Virus record (IMG/VR): IMGVR_UViG_3300027787_000001 | Reading direction: 5' to 3' (one strand) | DNA from: an uncultured virus (IMG/VR IMGVR_UViG_3300027787_000001) | Lineage: Duplodnaviria; Heunggongvirae; Uroviricota; Caudoviricetes | Length of the DNA: 64,000 bases | In this document: positions 26,512-37,136 of the stretch, one piece after another | How positions within the stretch are numbered: the stretch's first letter is position 1 | How the letters are laid out: each line of letters starts with the position of its first letter | Program-made: the position numbers and the translations under genes | The notes under the pieces: generated by a model | Database searches by the model: none | What the model was told of the DNA's origin: nothing | The model's input: the letters and a program-made list of their open reading frames with translations, nothing else

Positions 26512-28938
26512 CTACTTTGTGATCTGCGATGGTGCGATGGCGATTGTCGCTGGCGGTTTTGGAGGCGGTTGACGATAGGGCGATCGCCGCAACTTCAGGC
26601 CCCAATCCGGGCTTTGTGCCACATTCACCGGCGGTGGCATGATCGGCTGATTCTGCGGAGGTGGAATTACCGCACGAAAGAATGCTGCCGCGGCCTGGCC
26701 ATACTGTTCAGGCGTCAGATTCTGCGGTGGAGTCGGCGGCGGCATCGCCCCACCTGCGTTCAGTTGCGGCGGGGGCGCCGGCGGAACTGCGGTGGCTGGC
26801 GGGCCCACGATTCCACCGCGCGCCAACTTCTTGAGCTTTCGGTGCCACTTCAGACCCCTACCGGGAAGCACTAGGCCGCCCTTAGACATTTGGGGAAGCG
26901 GGGGTTTGGCAGAAGCACTTTCTTCCGGTTTTGCTTGTTCGGATTCCGCCGCTGCCGGTAGAGATACAGGACTGGCATCCTTGCCTGCCAATTTTAGAAT
27001 TTGCCCTGCGGTAACGGCTGCAATATTCCCTGAACTCGGAGCAAGCGGCAGTCGTGCTCCTCTGATGAGCAGACTAGATCCAGCCGGGTCGTAGAGCATT
27101 CTCGCTAGAGCACGATTGGCGATCAGGTAGGCTGCCTGAGTGCCGAGCATAGACATCCCGACTTTAGGACTTGCCACGACCCACCCGAGACCGTGAACGA
27201 ATTGGAGAACATTCAATCCGGCACCGGCGACGTAAGCCGTGCCGCTGGGATTTGGGTTCTCTGCCTCCATTTTGGCGAGTTGGAAAAAGTTATCTAGCTT
27301 GCTTATCAACTTTGGATCACGGAAGAGGATTCTCTTGGTGGCATCGCCCATCTTGTTCCACGAAGACAGGGCAGTTTGGGCGCCGGGTTTTCCTTCTGGA
27401 TTGAGAGCGCTGTCGAATAGACCTTCAAGGGTGGCTCTACCTACTGCGGGGAGGGCTTCGGGCGCATTCTTTTGAACGTCACGGAGCAGGCTGATGTTCA
27501 TGTCGCCTTTTTGCGTCAGCTGATTGAAGAGGCGTACAGGTTCGTCAACATTCAATTGATCCATCGTGGCCTGCGTTGCATATTTCGCGGCAGTGAGTTT
27601 TCTACCTTCTCGAAGAGCCGCTATCGCGTCGGGACCGGCAGAAGAAACCGCCGACTCAACCTGAGGAGCCAAGGCATCTATCGCCTGCTTGGCTAGGTAT
27701 TTAGTTCGTTCATTCACGTTCTCGCGGAGGATAGCTTTAACAGCTCCCAAGTTGTCTTCTGCGATGCTTGCCGGGAGTGTATCGGGACCGTTGATGATGT
27801 TGCCGATTGCCTTCAGGCCACGGGAAGCTTGCTGTTGCGCGAGCGGCATGTCTTGGCTAAGTCGGTCATAGATGGGCTGCAAAGATGTCTTTGCGTCTCC
27901 CATGCTGACCGGAATCGCCATCTGCTCTACCTGTGGGACGGATCGTGTGATGGGTTGCCCGCTCTGATCCAAGACGCCGGTCTGGACGGTCTTTACCCCA
28001 GTTTGAATTGGCTTGATATTGGCAGGATCTTGCTCGATTGCTGCGAGTCGAGCATAAGCCCCGCGAGCCTGCTGGGCCTGAGACGATTTGGCCGCTGCGA
28101 GTTGTTTCGTCACCGCCGCGCCGGCACCTTCCGGTGTCGTGATACCCCCTGGCGCTACTTGCTCTGCCAGATTCTGCGACACCTGCCCCATTCGAGCGCG
28201 GGTATTTTCCACCGCCTGTTGCGCTACATTCGCGCCTCCGGGAGCATTGGCGACGGCACCCTGAACGTTCTTAACGGCTCGGTTACCCGTTCGTGTTGCC
28301 GCACTGATGGGGATGTTCTGCTCTTCGGCGAAGCGGACAGCCGATGTGCCTGCCGGTGTGAGTCTGGGTTCAACACCCGGCAACTTTATATTCTCGGGAA
28401 GTTTTGTCGCACCATGAAGCAGGGCGATCATTGATCCCGCCCCGGCAAGCCCAGCCCAGTCCTTGTTCCTAACTTTGTCTTCTATGTAACTGAGCGCATC
28501 GCCGAATCCAGGGATAGCCTCGGCGGTGCTGAGAACGGCGCGAGCCTTATTCCGAAACATCTGTCCAGGATCACTAGCCGGTGCATTCAAAGCCGTACCG
28601 GCTTCAGATAATTTCTGTTTGGATCGCTGGATCTGTCCTTCGATGAGATTTGGATCTACCAGTCCCGTCGACGCTCCGCCTAATGTCATCGTCGGCGGAA
28701 GACTGAATGCCTGCGGAGTTGCCTTCGCAATATCACCGGCGCCAGATGCAAAACGGCTTACCGCACCTGGTCCCTCGGGCGGGGGCGCAGAGTCTATTGC
28801 GCCGGCCTGCTTCGCAAGAGCCGCATAGTCTATCGGTTGCTTCCCACCAGGAGGCCCGAGAGACGGCGCGGGCGCGGCAGGCGGCAGACCTCGTGCCTGT
28901 CGATCCAGCGCGTCGTAATCTATCGTTTGTCCGGCCAT
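26512..28938 (-). CDS. Putative ejection (internal virion) protein
   Basis: Ala/Gly-rich helical protein, IDYDAL/IDYAAL N-terminal repeats, position after nozzle. Confidence 0.7.
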   Translation of the reverse strand: MAGQTIDYDALDRQARGLPPAAPAPSLGPPGGKQPIDYAALAKQAGAIDSAPPPEGPGAVSRFASGAGDIAKATPQAFSLPPTMTLGGASTGLVDPNLIEGQIQRSKQKLSEAGTALNAPASDPGQMFRNKARAVLSTAEAIPGFGDALSYIEDKVRNKDWAGLAGAGSMIALLHGATKLPENIKLPGVEPRLTPAGTSAVRFAEEQNIPISAATRTGNRAVKNVQGAVANAPGGANVAQQAVENTRARMGQVSQNLAEQVAPGGITTPEGAGAAVTKQLAAAKSSQAQQARGAYARLAAIEQDPANIKPIQTGVKTVQTGVLDQSGQPITRSVPQVEQMAIPVSMGDAKTSLQPIYDRLSQDMPLAQQQASRGLKAIGNIINGPDTLPASIAEDNLGAVKAILRENVNERTKYLAKQAIDALAPQVESAVSSAGPDAIAALREGRKLTAAKYATQATMDQLNVDEPVRLFNQLTQKGDMNISLLRDVQKNAPEALPAVGRATLEGLFDSALNPEGKPGAQTALSSWNKMGDATKRILFRDPKLISKLDNFFQLAKMEAENPNPSGTAYVAGAGLNVLQFVHGLGWVVASPKVGMSMLGTQAAYLIANRALARMLYDPAGSSLLIRGARLPLAPSSGNIAAVTAGQILKLAGKDASPVSLPAAAESEQAKPEESASAKPPLPQMSKGGLVLPGRGLKWHRKLKKLARGGIVGPPATAVPPAPPPQLNAGGAMPPPTPPQNLTPEQYGQAAAAFFRAVIPPPQNQPIMPPPVNVAQSPDWGLKLRRSPYRQPPPKPPATIAIAPSQITK

Positions 28939-28940
28939 GC

Positions 28941-30842
28941 TTACTTGATCCCCGCTAACTGCTTGAAGCGATCCGCTGATGCCTGATCCGGGAACGTATG
29001 GATGCCGCCGTTTGGATCGGTCACCTTAATGCCGCCTTGGCTCGGTGGAGGAGTTGCAGCGGTAGGATCAAAACCATGCTTCACAAACACAGAGCGAGCC
29101 GCTGGCAGCACAGGAGACCATACTTTATCGCCTGGGATCTGCTGGCTGTATCGCTGCTGATAGGTGCTCATCTTGGCGCCGAGAATATGCAGATTCGTGT
29201 CGATCGCCCCCAGTCCTTGTTCAGGAGATTGCGCGTCGTTCATGTTTTTCTTCATCGTGGCGATCTCCACATCGGTGGCATTGCCCTTTAGGGCTGCCGC
29301 CATTTCGCCAGATACCGCCGCGCTCAATGCCGCATAGTTCGTTGGGGGGGCCTTGCCGAATATAGTCTTGAAGTAGTTGTACGCAGCGTTCCCAGGCTGG
29401 AATGTGCCGTTATTCAGCGCCTGAATCGCATCCGACAGTTGATCCAGATGGACCGTCGCAGTATTCAGCGCACCGATGTTCTTGCCATCCGTCCCGGTGG
29501 TAAAGGCCTTGCGAATCTCTGCACGCTGAGCGCTCCATTGCGGATCGTAGTGATTCACAGCGTTCATGATCTGAGCGCCTGGACCACGAGTCATGGCAAA
29601 TCCAGTGATCGGAGCTTGCCGTCCTTCAGCGATGGCCTTCACTGTTTTCTGAAGACCCCTCGGCAAGGTTGCGAGATAGTCTTCTCCCGTGAGATTTTGC
29701 CCAGCGGTTCCTCCAGGGTCAGAGAACCCAGCGGCAGTCTGGGCAGCTTGCGTTTGCCCAGCGGTGTAAATTTTGATCGGAGATGTTGCCTTGGCTGTGG
29801 CGACTGCCGTCTCCGTGGCGCTGATTTCCTTAGCGGCAGCTTTCACGGCATCCTTGGCAGCCACCACATCACCTTCGGCCAGTGCTGCCGCCACTAGCGT
29901 GTGGGTTCGCGCGTTCAACTCCGGGGCTTTCTTCTTATCGACGATCTTGTCCACAGTGGATTGAAGATCATCTGGGTTTGTGGTCTGTAGAAGATTCAGT
30001 TTGTTCGCTGTGACAGCCGCCGCCTCCAACTTCGGAAGCTCGTCAGGGAGGATCTTGTCACCATAGGTCGGGAATGCCTTCTTGATTGCGGCAGGCGTCG
30101 GAATACCGAACTGATCCAACTGTGCTTGGCGAGCATCACGCGCAGCCTGGGCATCCGTCTGTTTTTTCTCCTGCTCAATCACGCTCGCCGGTGGGATAAA
30201 TCCCTTCTGGCCGCGTACCGTCGATTCAATTGAAGCTGGTGGCAGCGGTGCGGGCATCGGAGTTGTAGCACCTGCAAAAGCCGGGATATCCTGAAGCCCG
30301 GTGAGTGGAACATTGTTCGGCGGAGGCATCGGGCGCCATCCGCGGGCATTCGCTTGGGTGGCCGCGTTCTGTGCCCTTGCTTCTCCAATGGCCCGCCGGT
30401 AGGCCGCCTGGTTCAGCATGGCCTCGTTCATGCGCTCTTCATTGGCCGATTGCTTCGCAAGTCCCAACTGCTGCAACCGTGCCGATACGCCGGGATGCTC
30501 GATGTTCTGGGCAATCTCCGCCGCAGCACCGGGAGCACGCCTGCCCAGGAAGAATTGCGTCGCCACCCCACCGAGGGTTCGCAGCCCCTTTTGCCAGCCG
30601 GGAGCCGCAGCCTGTTTAGCCAGCAGGTCCTGAAGTTGCTGTTCACGGTTCTGATAATCAGTCACCTTTGGACCGGGCGTGTACGGAGTTGTCGGTGCGG
30701 CACCGCCTGGTGCTATCCCGGCTGGCGGCATTGGCGGCGGCATGACAGGACCACCACCCATCGTCGCCACATTCAACGGATTCGGCGGCGGCATCATGCC
30801 TGCGTCGTCGTACCACTCGCCTGTAGTTGGATCGTAAGGCAT
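28941..30842 (-). CDS. Putative ejection (internal virion) protein
   Basis: Pro/Ala-rich N-terminus, helical C-terminal domain. Confidence 0.7.
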   Translation of the reverse strand: MPYDPTTGEWYDDAGMMPPPNPLNVATMGGGPVMPPPMPPAGIAPGGAAPTTPYTPGPKVTDYQNREQQLQDLLAKQAAAPGWQKGLRTLGGVATQFFLGRRAPGAAAEIAQNIEHPGVSARLQQLGLAKQSANEERMNEAMLNQAAYRRAIGEARAQNAATQANARGWRPMPPPNNVPLTGLQDIPAFAGATTPMPAPLPPASIESTVRGQKGFIPPASVIEQEKKQTDAQAARDARQAQLDQFGIPTPAAIKKAFPTYGDKILPDELPKLEAAAVTANKLNLLQTTNPDDLQSTVDKIVDKKKAPELNARTHTLVAAALAEGDVVAAKDAVKAAAKEISATETAVATAKATSPIKIYTAGQTQAAQTAAGFSDPGGTAGQNLTGEDYLATLPRGLQKTVKAIAEGRQAPITGFAMTRGPGAQIMNAVNHYDPQWSAQRAEIRKAFTTGTDGKNIGALNTATVHLDQLSDAIQALNNGTFQPGNAAYNYFKTIFGKAPPTNYAALSAAVSGEMAAALKGNATDVEIATMKKNMNDAQSPEQGLGAIDTNLHILGAKMSTYQQRYSQQIPGDKVWSPVLPAARSVFVKHGFDPTAATPPPSQGGIKVTDPNGGIHTFPDQASADRFKQLAGIK

Positions 30843-30848
30843 CGAGAT

Positions 30849-33800
30849 TTACCGCGCCGCGTAGCGCCGTTCGAGCTTTGGAATATCTGTCGGGCGAACC
30901 CTTGCCCCTGGAGCGCCCTTTTTCAACGGCATCACGGCCTCTGGCTGACGCTTGCCCAATTCCATGACGGTGGGGTGGTCGACGATTTCAGTCTTCCCAT
31001 ACCGTGTAGACTTGGGAGGCGTGAACAGCCGTTCTCCGGGCCGACTCCTCGGGGCGAACACGCCACCGCGAGCTTCGCCAGCATTAAACTCCGGTGGCGG
31101 GCCACCGGGATCGGAACCGTAATAGCCGCCAAAATCCCCACCACCGAAATAACCACCACCAAGACCCGCGCCTCCGCCGCCTACAATATCGCCTCCAGAT
31201 CCAGGATCAGGGGTCGTGATCGGAAGATTTTCTCCGGTCCCGCCGGCGTTTGGATCGGTCGGCAACTGGCCGTAGGAAACACCGATGCTGGGATCTGTCA
31301 CACCTGGATTTTGGAGACCTGGATCAGGTGTCCATCCGGGGTAGTTGATCGGGTCGTTCCCTGGTGCGGGGAGACCGCCAACGCTAGGATCGGTGGGGAC
31401 TTCACCGCCATACCGGATCGTGCTGCCAACATCAGGGTTAAGCGTACCAGGAGGTGTCGGCATCACCTCGCCCGGAGGAGGAGGAGCGGTAGGGTCTGGA
31501 ACTTCTCCTCCGAACTGAATCGTGCTGCTCGAATTCCCTTCATGCGTTGCACCTCCGCCTCCGCCACTTCCGCCTATCGGAGGGGGCGGCGGCAAGTGCT
31601 GCTGGCCAATGTTGATCTGCGGCGGCGTATTCGTCGGTGGATTCTGCTTGGCCGTCCCGCCTCGAGGCATACCGAGCTTTGGAATCGGCAACGGAGATGA
31701 TGGCCGCGGGCTGAAAGTCAGGGCGTCATGCGTGGCCGGGTAGGGGTTGTCCCGAAAGATCCACGGAAGAGTCGTGCCCTGATACTGCGCGGTATCGGCC
31801 TCAACGCCAGGAGAACGGGGGATGCCCGTATCTGTTTTGGGGGTATCGGCTGACGGCCCCGAGCCGAAGGGCGGTTTCTTCCCCTGCGACCCTGAAGTGC
31901 CTTGATCCTTTGACTTGTCCTTTTTGTAGGCTTCCGCCAGGTTAGCGGCCAACCCCATGAGACCGCCGCGCGATTGAGCATACTGCTTGGCCAGTCTCAG
32001 CCACGGTGGATCGGTATCGACCGTCCCACCATCTGCCATCGGAACAGGCTCGACAATGCCTCCATCTTCAAAGCGTGGCAGAATCCTCTGGAAACCTGAG
32101 CGAGTCATCATCCGCGGCATCGAGGAAGGCGATATCCCGTATCGCGGTGCCGGCCCAGCAGCGAAATGAGGCAACCGCGGTGCACTACCTACATGCGGGA
32201 TCGCTACCCCACCCATCCCGTATCGCGGAGGGCCGACTTTGATAATGGCCTCAGGAGCATAGCCGGTAGGGGACTGCGGATCTGGCTTCTCGCCGACTAG
32301 AGAAAGTTGCGGACCTTCAATCGTGGCGCCTTTCTCATGGCCGAATATGACATTCGGGATCGATCCTGGATTGTTCTGGTTAACTGCCTTGTTTTCAACT
32401 TGTAGCCCACCAGCCTGATTCGAGCCTGAAGTCGTCGCAGTATAGGCTCCCGTCTGCTGTTGCTGGCCTACCTGTGCGCCTTGGTTCGCCTGAGACTCCT
32501 GACCACCCAGATAGTTGTTCCGGGCCTCAGCAGCTTGCCCTTGCTCCTGGTTCGCGACTGTGGTGCCACGCTGGGAGGCTTCCCCTTCAGCGGTTTGAGC
32601 CGCGGAAGTTCCAAGGCCGGTTTCGTACTGCTTAGCTCCTATCCCCTGCGCGCCGAGCTCGAGTTGTGCCCCTGTGTTGCGCTGGGCGGTCTGCTGCGCG
32701 TTCTGGGCTCCCAGGTTGGCATAGGCCTGAGCGGCGCTAAGACGGGCTTGCTGTGCCGCAAGACGGGCATTTGCCATCGTATCGGCGGAATTGACCTCTC
32801 CGGTTAACCTGGCACGGTCTTCCATCGCGGCAAGAGCTTGGGGAGTGACGTTCCCGGCGGCTACGGCGTTGCGCCGGATGGCGTCTTCCTCGGCTTGGGT
32901 GTTGGCACCTACGGACCGGGCGGCTTGGTTGACCATCGCCTCGGTCATTTCAGGCGTCCAGGTCAACTGGTTCGGATCGATGTATTGGTTTACGTTGGCC
33001 GCTCCCGTGCCGAGCGCGTTATTGACCGCCGCTCCTTCTCCGGCGACGGCAGTATCCATCCCGGCAGCACCTTGCTGGAAGGCCTGAACGCCGGCTTGCG
33101 GGTTCCCCTCAATTGCGGCAGTTTCCGTAGGATTGTATCCGCCTTTTCCTTCGAGAAGTGGGTTGTAGATGCCTGCCAGTTGATCCTGAAGGGCCTTAGT
33201 CCGAGCCAAGTTAGCGGCTGTGTAGCTGGCGAACTGGTCCTGAAGCCCCGTACCCCCAGATAGGGCGATCTGGCGCTGACTTTCGAGCTCCGCAGCTAGG
33301 TTCTTGTCTCCTGTTCCTACTTGCGGCCCAGGATAGCCCCCTGGAAGCGTAGGATAAGTTGTGCTCCCGGTATATGGGCCGATCGGGGGAGGTGTCCCGA
33401 CATTCACGTTCCCCACAGTCGATCCGGGCAATGTTGGTGGCGGCATCGACCCTGTGGAACCGGGCAAAACCGGGTTTGGACCACCCGATGGACCGGCTAA
33501 TCCCGGACCAGTAGCCGGCGGAAATGGCGGGTAGGATGGGCCGGCCGGCGGCATGTAGGTATTGCCCGCAATTCGGTTTGGATCATAAGGATTCCCAGCA
33601 ACTCCCCCACCACCGTCAGATGGAGTAGCCACTGGCATAGATGCGGTCCCCGATGGCGGCAGAACAGGCGCCGCAGTCTTCGGCGGAACTGGCGGAGCCT
33701 GAGGAGGGGCGCCTGCCGGTGGAGTAAATGGAACCCCAGGAGCGTTCGGGTTCCCTAATGGATTTGCTTGGTTAGGCTCCTTGCCAATTTGGTCCGCCAC

Positions 33801-34211
33801 ATAAGAAGCGCCATAACGATTGATGCTGTCTGCCAGCAGACCAGCATTGTAGGTTGTACCGCCTATTTTCACCCCCCACTGGGTCGGCGAACTAGCCCCT
33901 GGCCCGGTAAAAGTATTGGGCAGTTGGACGGGTGTGCCAAAGAACATTTGGGCAATCTGCGCAGCACCAGATTGTGTGCCGTATTCCGCCGGATTCAGGG
34001 GAGATACCACCCCATTCAGAGTGTTCGTTGGCTTCGTCTGGAAGGCCGAAGAGCCGAACGTGGTTCCTGGCGCGTTCGGAGCCGGAGCCGAGGTCCCGGC
34101 GGGCGCGTAGGGCGAAGTGGGACGTGGGATTACCTGGATCGTGTCCCCAGCCGCTTGAATCTGCGCCTGGGTTGCCGCATCCGGCATCGTGTAGTATTGC
34201 CTTACCGCCAT
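30849..34211 (-). CDS. Putative ejection/pilot protein, low complexity
   Basis: Pro/Gly/Gln/Ala-rich; several xxxGG...PEA motifs. Confidence 0.7.
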   Translation of the reverse strand: MAVRQYYTMPDAATQAQIQAAGDTIQVIPRPTSPYAPAGTSAPAPNAPGTTFGSSAFQTKPTNTLNGVVSPLNPAEYGTQSGAAQIAQMFFGTPVQLPNTFTGPGASSPTQWGVKIGGTTYNAGLLADSINRYGASYVADQIGKEPNQANPLGNPNAPGVPFTPPAGAPPQAPPVPPKTAAPVLPPSGTASMPVATPSDGGGGVAGNPYDPNRIAGNTYMPPAGPSYPPFPPATGPGLAGPSGGPNPVLPGSTGSMPPPTLPGSTVGNVNVGTPPPIGPYTGSTTYPTLPGGYPGPQVGTGDKNLAAELESQRQIALSGGTGLQDQFASYTAANLARTKALQDQLAGIYNPLLEGKGGYNPTETAAIEGNPQAGVQAFQQGAAGMDTAVAGEGAAVNNALGTGAANVNQYIDPNQLTWTPEMTEAMVNQAARSVGANTQAEEDAIRRNAVAAGNVTPQALAAMEDRARLTGEVNSADTMANARLAAQQARLSAAQAYANLGAQNAQQTAQRNTGAQLELGAQGIGAKQYETGLGTSAAQTAEGEASQRGTTVANQEQGQAAEARNNYLGGQESQANQGAQVGQQQQTGAYTATTSGSNQAGGLQVENKAVNQNNPGSIPNVIFGHEKGATIEGPQLSLVGEKPDPQSPTGYAPEAIIKVGPPRYGMGGVAIPHVGSAPRLPHFAAGPAPRYGISPSSMPRMMTRSGFQRILPRFEDGGIVEPVPMADGGTVDTDPPWLRLAKQYAQSRGGLMGLAANLAEAYKKDKSKDQGTSGSQGKKPPFGSGPSADTPKTDTGIPRSPGVEADTAQYQGTTLPWIFRDNPYPATHDALTFSPRPSSPLPIPKLGMPRGGTAKQNPPTNTPPQINIGQQHLPPPPPIGGSGGGGGATHEGNSSSTIQFGGEVPDPTAPPPPGEVMPTPPGTLNPDVGSTIRYGGEVPTDPSVGGLPAPGNDPINYPGWTPDPGLQNPGVTDPSIGVSYGQLPTDPNAGGTGENLPITTPDPGSGGDIVGGGGAGLGGGYFGGGDFGGYYGSDPGGPPPEFNAGEARGGVFAPRSRPGERLFTPPKSTRYGKTEIVDHPTVMELGKRQPEAVMPLKKGAPGARVRPTDIPKLERRYAAR

Positions 34212-34292
34212 ATGGAATTTGCGTCTTAGAATCAGAGGGTTGGAAATGAGTGCTGTAACTTCTCGCCGCTTGAGCGCACTATCAAATAAGAC

Positions 34293-34505
34293 ATGATTCT
34301 CTTATTTGTAGCAGGGTTGATGATCCTGCCATGGAGCCATCACCCAAAGAAAGATTTCGAGATCCATTACACGATCACTTACACGTTTACGAACCCGTTT
34401 GGTAAGGGAAACATTTCGATCAAGTACCTGAACCTGACGTCTGAAGAAACGAATTGGTCAGAGGACATTAGGAACTCGCTGCACCCAGTCTCCGATCTCA
34501 GATGA
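34293..34505 (+). CDS. Small counter-oriented membrane-anchored protein (moron)
   Basis: Hydrophobic N-terminus, lower GC, fills gap in late operon. Confidence 0.5.
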   Translation: MILLFVAGLMILPWSHHPKKDFEIHYTITYTFTNPFGKGNISIKYLNLTSEETNWSEDIRNSLHPVSDLR

Positions 34506-35003
34506 AAAACGGAGCAACAAGGAGCTTCTGGTCGCAATCGTGATGGTGTTGGCCGACAGCCGCAGATTGCTCCCGGCCAGCGTGCCCTGGTCCTGAAAAA
34601 TTATGTTGTTCGCGCTCACATTCAGCAATTCGACACACTGCCCGTTCTTCCCGTCCGCAATCGTAGGTGCCGAAGTAAGCGTTACCGCTCCGCCGCTTGT
34701 ATTGTTCAACCGTACCCAATCTCCAAGTACAACGATCTGGTAAGTGGCCGCCGGCACATTCTGAATGTCCGGTGCATCCGCGAATGTGAAACGCTTTGTG
34801 ACATTGCGGATCGCCAAGGAGTCTGCCGAGTAGTCCTGCGTCTGCCCGACTTGGAACAAGGCGCTGAATTGATTAAAGGCTGCCCCTACGGCATCATGGG
34901 TCTTTTGGATTGCCTCTGCGATCGCTTGCCCTACTGGGCCAGGAGTTTTGCTGCGAATTACGGCTACGTAAGAGCTGATGTCGTATTCTGGATGAGTGCT
35001 CAT
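34458..35003 (-). CDS. Putative tail/virion protein
   Basis: TLTSAPTIADGKNGQ...GSNLRL fibre-tip-like module; ATGA coupling. Confidence 0.7.
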   Translation of the reverse strand: MSTHPEYDISSYVAVIRSKTPGPVGQAIAEAIQKTHDAVGAAFNQFSALFQVGQTQDYSADSLAIRNVTKRFTFADAPDIQNVPAATYQIVVLGDWVRLNNTSGGAVTLTSAPTIADGKNGQCVELLNVSANNIIFQDQGTLAGSNLRLSANTITIATRSSLLLRFSSEIGDWVQRVPNVL

Positions 35004-37078
35004 ACGTTGCTCACCCAGAGGTTGTAGTACGTGCGAATCCCAGACAGAACACAATTTCCATCCACGGTGTTTTCTCTGAAGTGATAGATCAGCCCCGGAG
35101 AATTCATACTGAATCGTCGCAGGATGGGTTTATCGGGCGAAGCAGTCAGCGTGATGTTGCTCAGCACGGCATTCTTAGCCCGGTCGTAGCTGTAAATCGT
35201 AGTCTGTAAAGTCCCTGTTCCCTTGACGCGCAGATGAGCATTCTGAAACTTCAACCACTCTCCCCCGGTCCCGCTGCCGGAAGATGCTCCCTGGAAAGTG
35301 GCCGACGTGGAGGGCCGCGGCGCCATAGGTGGGTCGTACTGCCAATCAATGACAACGGCTGTTCCTGCCTGTGCATCGTGGTCATGGTATACGGGAGCAT
35401 CAAAGGTGCCCGTCAGTCTCTCAATCGCATATTGGCCAGCAATCCAGAGCTCCAACGCCCGCATTTGTGCTGTGCCATGAAGATCATTTTCCACGAGTTC
35501 GATGGCATAAGGACCGGCCGGCGCCGGCCATTTAGAATACTTGACATCATATGGACCCAAACCGTTCGTGTAGTCCCAAACCATAATGAAATTCGTTACA
35601 GTCTGAGGAGCGACAAGCAGCGGTGCCAAAAAATATACGCGGTGATTAACCGGATCATCTTTCAGGCAGATCGCGTAAGGCTCGGTAGTCCAGTTGATCG
35701 TGTTCCAATCAGGGCTCTGCAGATATGAGATCGGAAGCGGGGCATAGTTACCGTCGAAGTAGTACAACCCACTTCCGTCCGCAATCCAAGCATAAGCCCC
35801 TGACGGGCTGACCGATACGGCCCGTGGGTGTAGCGTACCTTTTTGGCCGTCCACTAAAAATGGCCCCGGCCAGGTGGATGGCAGATCGTTGTTGTCAGCC
35901 GTGCGATAGGTCCAGTGCGGACCCAGCAAATAGGTGGTCCCGAGAAGATCGAATACCGAGATCACCTGTTTGCCACCGGGCAGACCTACGAAGTGCTGAT
36001 CGCTGCTAAATGTTTGGGGAGATCCTGGATCTGAGATAATGACCTGACTTGTTGCATTACCTAGTTGATCCGTCGTCTTTACTAGGTAAAAAGTTCGATT
36101 CCCGGCTCCGGTCACGTGATAGCATTCCAACAGGTTAGTACCACCGACTCCCTGCGAATAGAGATTCAAAGAATTTGTGCATTCGGCGCCGCGCGTCTGG
36201 ATGAGCGTAGCGTCATCAATCGACCATGCGATAGTTTTGGACGCAGCCCCGCCTCCCACTGGGAGCAGAGCCGTGGCGCCCGGCACAAGGTAGTATTTAT
36301 TTGGGTTAGATACCGGCGACATGATGATCTGCACCTGATATCCATTGACCGGCCATCCGCCGCCGCCGGGGTTGAGCGTGATTGAAAGGTTCTTTCCTCC
36401 AGAAGACGTGAACTGGATTGGCACAAAGGTCTGGGGTGTTGGGATGGTCGCCCCGCTATCTGGACACGGCCTGCCGAGATACCCCGAACGATCCAGGATG
36501 CGATAACCGATGTTGTGCAGTCCTGCGGTTATGATCCCGCCAGCCGGTTCCGTCGCCGCAACCGAATAAGTCATCGGTGGAGAGCAGATGGAGTCTGCCA
36601 CCCATGTACCCGCCGCAGTTTTCAGAACATTCCCAGGATGAGACCCGACAAATCCAGGCAAGTTGGAAATAGTCTGCCCGAACCACTGGACATACGTTAA
36701 TCTCGTTCCGGCCGGGTAAAAGGTCGCGGTGTATGCGTTACCGCCAGCGATGTGCGCCGTATCGACGACGGTCGGCGTAAGTGGGTTTCCGCCGATGTCC
36801 ATTATTTGAACCCCGGCGAGTTGCGTTTTGAAGGCCAAAAGGTCCCCGAGTTCTGAGACCCAATTGAACATGGCGAAGACACTGTCAACAGTTACGCCAC
36901 CGACAAGGGGTACCGAGTATATTTTCAAAAAGCCAGGCCGTTTCCCTACCATGCCTGGGTTGAAGATACAGTTCTGAGCCGCCAGTGCTCCGCGCGCATC
37001 GACATCCGGCGGGTCGGGTAGTGACCACAACCCGCCAAAGTCGCGCTGTTCGTAGGTCTGTAGCCCCTTTAAGCTCAC
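35000..37078 (-). CDS. Putative tail nozzle / packaged-DNA stabilization protein (P22 gp10-like)
   Basis: DFGGL...AQNC.F..G.VGKRPG N-terminus, beta-propeller-like composition, position; GTG start chosen. Confidence 0.7.
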   Translation of the reverse strand: MSLKGLQTYEQRDFGGLWSLPDPPDVDARGALAAQNCIFNPGMVGKRPGFLKIYSVPLVGGVTVDSVFAMFNWVSELGDLLAFKTQLAGVQIMDIGGNPLTPTVVDTAHIAGGNAYTATFYPAGTRLTYVQWFGQTISNLPGFVGSHPGNVLKTAAGTWVADSICSPPMTYSVAATEPAGGIITAGLHNIGYRILDRSGYLGRPCPDSGATIPTPQTFVPIQFTSSGGKNLSITLNPGGGGWPVNGYQVQIIMSPVSNPNKYYLVPGATALLPVGGGAASKTIAWSIDDATLIQTRGAECTNSLNLYSQGVGGTNLLECYHVTGAGNRTFYLVKTTDQLGNATSQVIISDPGSPQTFSSDQHFVGLPGGKQVISVFDLLGTTYLLGPHWTYRTADNNDLPSTWPGPFLVDGQKGTLHPRAVSVSPSGAYAWIADGSGLYYFDGNYAPLPISYLQSPDWNTINWTTEPYAICLKDDPVNHRVYFLAPLLVAPQTVTNFIMVWDYTNGLGPYDVKYSKWPAPAGPYAIELVENDLHGTAQMRALELWIAGQYAIERLTGTFDAPVYHDHDAQAGTAVVIDWQYDPPMAPRPSTSATFQGASSGSGTGGEWLKFQNAHLRVKGTGTLQTTIYSYDRAKNAVLSNITLTASPDKPILRRFSMNSPGLIYHFRENTVDGNCVLSGIRTYYNLWVSNV

Positions 37079-37136
37079 GGAAGTTTGCTCGTGATGAAAA
37101 CGGGCCGCCCAGAACAATCCAGGCGGCCCTACTGCT

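Noticed and set aside
30354..31700. 448-aa + strand ORF and other long antisense ORFs in the late region
   Set aside because: Arg-rich shadows of GC-rich low-complexity - strand genes
30849..34211. Tape measure protein
   Set aside because: Pro/Gly-rich, and no tail tube, chaperone or baseplate genes; context fits podoviral ejection proteins
37017..37027. Another GGTAGTG IS-like end
   Set aside because: Short match inside an uninterrupted CDS; likely chance
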